Position numbers and translations under genes: made by a program. Positions 57,044 to 64,000 of a stretch of 64,000 nucleotides of DNA are shown here, piece after piece. Below the pieces are notes generated by a model that was not told the origin of the DNA, did no database searches, and was given only the letters and a program-made list of their open reading frames with translations. The first letter of the stretch is position 1; each line of letters begins with the position of its first letter. This DNA comes from the human T2T-CHM13v2.0 reference genome, Homo sapiens: the NCBI RefSeq assembly GCF_009914755.1, contig NC_060936.1. One strand, 5' to 3'.

Positions 57044-57600
57044 TTATTTCAAAGCACATGGATTATCATCTTCAATCCTGCCTGCCTTATCAAGACATGA
57101 TAACTTTTTAGAGAAAAACAACTTCAGTGGCCACTCAATTATACAGCACTTACTGCATGTCAGGCACAGTGTTTCTCACAACAGCCCCATGAGATAGAGA
57201 CACTTATAATACCCATCTTCCAGTTGAGGAAACCAAAGTACATATAGAGAAAATAACTGACTAAAGGTCACATGGCAAGTGTTGGAGTCCAGGCTTCAAA
57301 CACAGGCATTAGGGTTCCAAAGGATTTCCTCTTGCTGGAATTCTGTGTTACCTCTCTAATACTATACTTCCAAGAATGAAGGACTTCCGTGTAAAGAATG
57401 AACATACTGAGCAACTGTGAGGCCTTATGTCGAATGAATTTGGAAATAAGAATGTCCTCAGAGACCAGGTGCAGTGGCGGTCGCCTGAACCCCAGGGCTT
57501 TGGGAAATGAACCTGTGGGAGGATCACTTGCGAGCAAGAGTTTGAGATCAATCTGGGTAACATAGTGAGACTCTATCTCTACAAATAATTTTTTTTTTTA

Positions 57601-58469
<869 letters not shown>

Positions 58470-60284
58470 ACTTCTCTATACATACCACTTAGAAAAAATT
58501 ATATAAGGACCTTCTAAAATCAATTATGGGGCTTTTGGTCTGGAAAGATAAACGCAACACCATATGTCTGAAATCATAGCTTGAAAGATTTGGCTAGAAT
58601 GACTGTGCAATTATTTGTCAACTTCTGGAATAATAAAACTATAGAGTAACCTTTACAAATTGAAGAATATGCAAGAATTAACTAAAAGTGTCCGGGCATG
58701 GTAGCTCACACCTGTAATCCCTGCACTTTGGGAGGCTGAGGCGGGCAGATCACCTGAGGCCAGGAGTTCGAGACTAGTCTGTCCAACCTGTTGAAATCCC
58801 ATCTCTACAAAAAATATAAAAATTAGCTGGGCGTGGTGGTGTGTGCCTGTAATCCCAGCTACTCGGGAGGCTGAGTCAGGAGAATTGCTTGAACCAAAGA
58901 GGTGGAGGTTGCAGTGAGCCGAGATCACGCCACTGTACCCAGCCTGGGGGGAAAATAAAAATAATAGGAAATAATAGTAAAAAAAAAAAAAAGTAAAATT
59001 AAAAATTGAAGAAGTTGTTTTTGGATAGATAGATGCATATGAGTGGATATAAAATCCATTCCAAGGGGATGGACATGCAATCCCTTTAGTGTTTACTGAA
59101 TTCCTACTAAGTTCAGGGTACTGAGCTGGGTACTTCAGAGAACACATGACAAGTGAGAGGTAGCAAGTCCCAGTTCTTTACTCTTTGGTTGTTCGCAGGC
59201 TAGTAGAAGGGTAAAGACAAAGACCCAAAAAGCCTCAAGGGAAAACAGATTAATGTGGGTAGGACAAAGGAAACAGAGATCTCATCTGCTGAAATAGTGT
59301 GGCATCACCAGATGTCCTTAACACCTAGGTAAGTAAGAATCCTTTCCAGATTGCTGGGCATGGTGCTGTCAGGATCACTTCATCTCAGAAATGTCCTTAC
59401 TTTCTGCCTTGGCTCCAGAACCTCCAAGCATGGAGTCAGCTTCCTGTTGGAGGAACTGTTTAAGATGCAGTTTCTTACAAGGTGGTACCTTCTTGAATAA
59501 ATAGTGCTCCATCTTCAGAAAAACAACGCCTGTCTCACTCCTCAGGCTGCCCCCTCCACCTACAAAAACACTTAATCTCACTCGTCCAAAAAAACAGAAA
59601 AGGAATAAAGATTTTAGCCAGCATTCCAAACACAAAAGCTACCTCCACTTTTGGGACCCTCCCCAGCCTCCCCCAGGTACCTCTGAATGAGCTGTCTCCC
59701 TAGACTAGAAGTAGACACCAAGGCCACCTCCATAGTTTAGGCAAAGAACACAGAAAATCACGAGTCAGGAGCCTGTGGGTACATCTGATCCCACAGACTG
59801 GAAAGATTTAAGATTGAAGAGTGATAACTAAGCAAGTCTCAAAAACGAAGGCTCTTGATGATGGAAGGTAGTGTAATAAGAATCAGTACACATATTTAGG
59901 AAGGGGCATCCTCCCCCAAGCCCCACCCTACTCTTGTACAAGGTCAGCACAGAAAAGGGGATTATGAAATAAGACAAAATTAATTCTCTTATTATTACTT
60001 TAGAATTCTTTCAAGTCCCTTAGTTACAGTTCATAATCTTCACCTCCTTAGGAACGGAAATCATAAATCCAAGGCTTTTTAATTTAATTTAATTTAATTT
60101 TGGCAAAGGATGTAGATTTGCATGAATACCTGTAGAGATAAAACCTGTTTTTCCAAGAGGGAAGTAGTTAAGAAAATGCCCTCTGGCATCCCCTAACTCT
60201 GTCTTATTTGCTGTGTTATCTTTATGCGAATTACTTCTGATCAATCTCACTTTTCTCATCTGCAGAATGGGGAATATAATCCTA

Positions 60285-60649
<365 letters not shown>

Positions 60650-61086
60650 TCAAACTGACAATCGTGCAATCGTGATTTTAAGCCAAAGTCAATGTAAATT
60701 TTTAAAACACAAAACAAATGGCAAGCCGGAACCATACCTCCCTACAATCTGGATAAATATATTTAGATGCCCATTGGCTGGAGTTTTTAAGACCAGCCCA
60801 GGCTCTGTGGGCCAAGAATCGGCGCAGGAGCGAACCGATTTGTTGGCCAAGAATTCGGGCCAAAACTTGTAAAGTTGGCAGACGCACTCGCCATGCCCTT
60901 CTCAAGTGCCCTCGCTGCGCAGCCGCAGGGCTGGAGCGAGACCGCCGGCCGGAGGCGCGTTTCTCTGAGTTCACCCAGGAACCAGACGCCCGCTGGACGT
61001 CAACTCGGCCGGACGCGGGGCACGGGCGCTAACAGGCTCCTAGGAGCCTCCCCGGGCGCCCCCCGCCCAGGGCGCGCTCTGCTCAC

Positions 61087-61201
61087 CTGCAGGTTTCGGC
61101 GGCTCCGCGGTGACTAACAACAGCTGCAGCAGCAGCAGCAGCAGCAGAAGCGGCGGCGGCTGTGGCAGCCCCGGGCGCCCGCCCGGACCGCCGCGGGTCA
61201 T
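61087..61201 (-). CDS. PLBD1: PLBD1 coding exon 1 (115 nt): signal peptide with poly-Leu
   Basis: Minus strand reads MTRGGPGGRPGLPQPPPLLLLLLLLQLLLVTAEPPKPA-G. ATG is 'cat' at 61199-61201, donor CAG|GTGAGC, inside the CpG island. Confidence 0.97.
61127..61147 (-). repeat. (CTG)7 coding trinucleotide repeat (poly-Leu in the signal peptide)
   Basis: Seven perfect cag units on the plus strand, next to (cgg)3. Confidence 0.95.
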
Positions 61202-61239
61202 CGCTCCACGGCCGCGACCTTCCTCTGCGGGATCAGGCG

Positions 61240-61697
61240 GCCGCGGTGGCCCGCGGTGGCAGAAGTTGCAAGAGAGGCTCCTGGCCTACTCAGGGGCGCC
61301 GCCTCTCCGAGGTGGGGCGTCCTCAACTTTCCTCTTTCTTGAGCCCGGCCTGCTCCGGGCTCTGAGGGGCGAGGACGCTTCACGTGGTGGCCTGGGGCCC
61401 ACCCCGCCTAGGAAAGGCGGATCCTTTACGTCTGACCCTCTAGCAACCCCTGGGCCGGTCTGGGAAAGTTCCCCAGCTGCACTTCTGGGAAATGCAGAGG
61501 CTGCCTGCCGCTTTCTTTCGCAGTTTTGCGGCCCAAGGCTTGGGCGAATCAGTTCACATCAACACCCCTACTAGCCTCTCCCTCCGGGGTCGACCATTTA
61601 TCTCCAGCAGCGGACCAGGCGCCCGGGCCAGGGTGACATGCGCGCCCTGCCTACACGCAGCTCGGATCCTCTGCTGTTTCTGGAGAGGCCTCCACAG
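61240..61697 (+). ncRNA. PLBD1-AS1: Probable first exon of the divergent antisense lncRNA; 5' end approximate
   Basis: Plus-strand donor CAG|GTGCGT at 61697/61698 at the island edge. A head-to-head PLBD1-AS1 is recalled from annotation; the TSS cannot be seen in sequence. Confidence 0.55.
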
Positions 61698-62101
61698 GTG
61701 CGTTTTCCTCAGCGATTAGCGTACCCCTCATTCCCAGGCTGTTTAACCTAAATCCATGCGCTGTAGCTCAGATTTTTTATCCTTTTTGCTTCCTCTTCGT
61801 TGGCTGGAGCCACCACAGGAGAGTGATTCAGACGGGGCTGACACTAGACACACTCCTACGTTTCTGTGGAGTCCCCATTTCTGTGTGGGGTCAGTTAAAA
61901 GTGACATTGTGAAGTAGTCAAAAGTTATGCCTTGGGTGATATTGTGAAGTTGGCACCGGGTGCCCTAGGTGACATTGTGAAGTAGGCAAAAGGCATTTCA
62001 TTCATTCACTCAGCATTGGCTGGGCCCATCTTATACTCCAGATACCAGTGATATAAAGACAGCTAAGAGCATGCCTCACCACAGACAAAAAGAACTAAGC
62101 C

Positions 62102-62422
62102 AGCCGGGCGCCGTGGCTCACGCCTGTAATCCCAGCACTTTGGGAGGCCGAGGCGGGCAGATCACGAGGTCAGGATATCGAGGCCATCCTGGCTAACACG
62201 GTGAAACCCCGTCTCTACTAAAAATACAAAAAATTAGTCGGACACGGTGGCGGGCGCCTGTAGTCCAGCTACTTGGGAGGCTGACGCAGGAGAATGGCGT
62301 AAACCCGGGAGGCGGAGCTTGCAGTGAGCCGAGATCGCGCCACTCTACTCCAGCCTGGGCGACAGAGCGAGATTCGTCTCAAAAAAAAATAATAATAATA
62401 ACAATAATAATTTTTTTAAAAA
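62102..62422 (+). mobile_element. AluY (CpG-rich, young)
   Basis: TSD aaaaagaactaagcca. Confidence 0.93.
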
Positions 62423-62716
62423 AGAACTAAGCCATATAGATAAACAAGTACACAGAACTTGCCATTCTACTGTGTTAGAGCTATGTTTAAGGTGCAGTGG
62501 GAGAGGGGGAAGGAGGGAACAAGCCACCTCTCAGATGGGAACCTCAGCACCCCACTCTTCCTCTTGGCCTTTCTTCTAAGCTTAACCTAGGTGTCAAGGA
62601 GAGATGAGAAGAGAGAATAAGCAGTACCTTTCATAACGGGGAAAATGTAATTGTTAGAAAAGATAAAGAACCTAAAAGTTCATCAAATCTCTGTGCAAAT
62701 TGTGAAACACAAGTCA

Positions 62717-62854
<138 letters not shown>

Positions 62855-62894
62855 TTAAAATTAAAGTCACAATTATGTTTAATGGCATTTAATG

Positions 62895-63107
62895 AATGAA
62901 GACATCGAGGACATTGTAAAAGTTGCACATTTTCCTTCAAGTTAGAAAATTAAAATGAAGAAAAATTAAAACGAAGACATCGAGGACATTGTAAAAGTTG
63001 CACATTTTCCTTCGTTAGAAAATTTAAATGAAGAAAAATTAAAATGAAGACATCGAGGACATTGTAAAAGTTGCACATTTTCCTTCAAGTTAGAAAATTA
63101 AAATGAA
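62895..63107. repeat. Minisatellite, ~75-bp unit, about 2.8 copies, nearly identical
   Basis: gaagacatcgaggacattgtaaaagttgcacattttccttc starts at 62898, 62973 and 63046. Confidence 0.95.
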
Positions 63108-63451
63108 CCAAAAATGAAAATTTTGGTTGTGTTATGATGGGAAGAGAACCACATTAGGATGTTCAAGGAAGTGGTGCCACCCCAAATATTTGAGTCATAT
63201 TGCCCTATACCACCCTCCTTCACCTTACTAACCCTTCTGATCCAAGGAGCCAAGTGTTCTGATGAAGTAAGATGCATATAAATGCCTAATGTGAACCTTG
63301 AGGCATTCATTCATCTATTATTTGTCATCAAATATTCGTTGACTCCCATGTTCCAAGCACAGAGCAGTAGACAAAACAAAGTCCCTGCCCTTGCAGAGCT
63401 TGCATTCCAGTAGTGGGGAGCAAATTATACATATAAACAAATTAATTGGAT

Positions 63452-63638
63452 CAGGACTTCTCCACATCAGCACTATTGAAATTTTGGAGCAGACAACTCT
63501 TTGTTGTGGGGGGGTTGTCCTGGACACCCCTTGGCCTTTACCTACTGGATGCTAGTGGCACCCCCATTGAAAATGTCTCCAGACATTGTCAAATGCTCCC
63601 GTAGGGGGGCAAAATTGCCCCCTAGTTGAGAATCACTG
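63452..63638. mobile_element. MER20 DNA transposon
   Basis: cagcactattgaaatttt...aaatgtctccagacattg...gttgagaatcactg. Confidence 0.8.
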
Positions 63639-63719
63639 AATTAGATGATGATAAATCTTGCTTTCTTTAAATTATGCCAGTTTTACATATCTGGGAGGAA
63701 AATGAGCTGCAAAACTCAC

Positions 63720-64000
63720 ACATAGTTAGGAAAATAAATCTTGGGACCCCAAAATCACTAAGCCAAGGGAAAAGTCAAGCTGGAAACTATGTCAGGCAAA
63801 CCTGCCTCTCATTTTATTCTGAAATAAGATAGCTACAAAGATAAGAAGCTACATACCTCCCTCACAGTTTGCCCACAAGGAAATTCCCTGCGGACAAAGG
63901 GAAGACAGAACTTAAAAGTCATCCCTCTGAGGCTCACCTGAGACAAATGCACATCTGATTGCTTCCTCTGCAGTATTGTTTATGTAAAAATGCAGACTCC
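63720..64000 (+). mobile_element. ERV1 LTR (MER4-group), running off the right edge
   Basis: 'ggaaaataaatcttgggaccccaaaatcactaagcc..gggaaaagtcaagctgg' resembles a MER4-type 5' end. Confidence 0.75.

Larger units (their letters stand above)
60810..61730. promoter_or_regulatory. CpG island / TATA-less bidirectional promoter of PLBD1 and its antisense RNA
   Basis: Abrupt GC- and CpG-rich block spanning exon 1, with GC-box-like motifs (61291-61375), CACGTG at 61381-61386, a kB-like site at 61462-61474 and TTCTGGGAA at 61483-61491. Confidence 0.92.

Noticed and set aside
61110-61574. 154-aa plus-strand ORF across exon 1
   Set aside because: GTG start and low-complexity S/G/P/R content, as expected antisense to a GC-rich coding exon.

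Overview
Human (primate) genomic DNA, AT-rich and very dense in Alu and L1 elements. The window holds most of PLBD1 (phospholipase B domain-containing 1, a lysosomal Ntn-hydrolase) on the minus strand. Coding exons 1-9 (ATG at 61201, exon 9 at 437-622) join in frame through GT-AG introns and give 1372 coding nt; the last exons lie left of the window. A CpG-island bidirectional promoter (~60.8-61.7 kb) probably also drives the divergent PLBD1-AS1 transcript, whose first exon carries a short ATG ORF ending at a splice donor. The introns contain about 45 Alus, nested old L1s, MaLR and ERV LTRs, MER20, L2 and MIR. They also contain a tail-less 7SK retrocopy and a 3'UTR-only processed retrocopy with clean target-site duplications (TSDs). 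I cannot support a wholly new biological system. The best leads are the promoter kB/STAT/E-box module with the antisense small ORF, a competing frameshifting donor at exon 8, inverted AluYs bracketing exons 3-6, a target site used twice by retroelements, the 3'UTR retrocopy and a young 75-bp VNTR upstream. Repeat subfamily names and parent-gene calls are from memory, not from searches.
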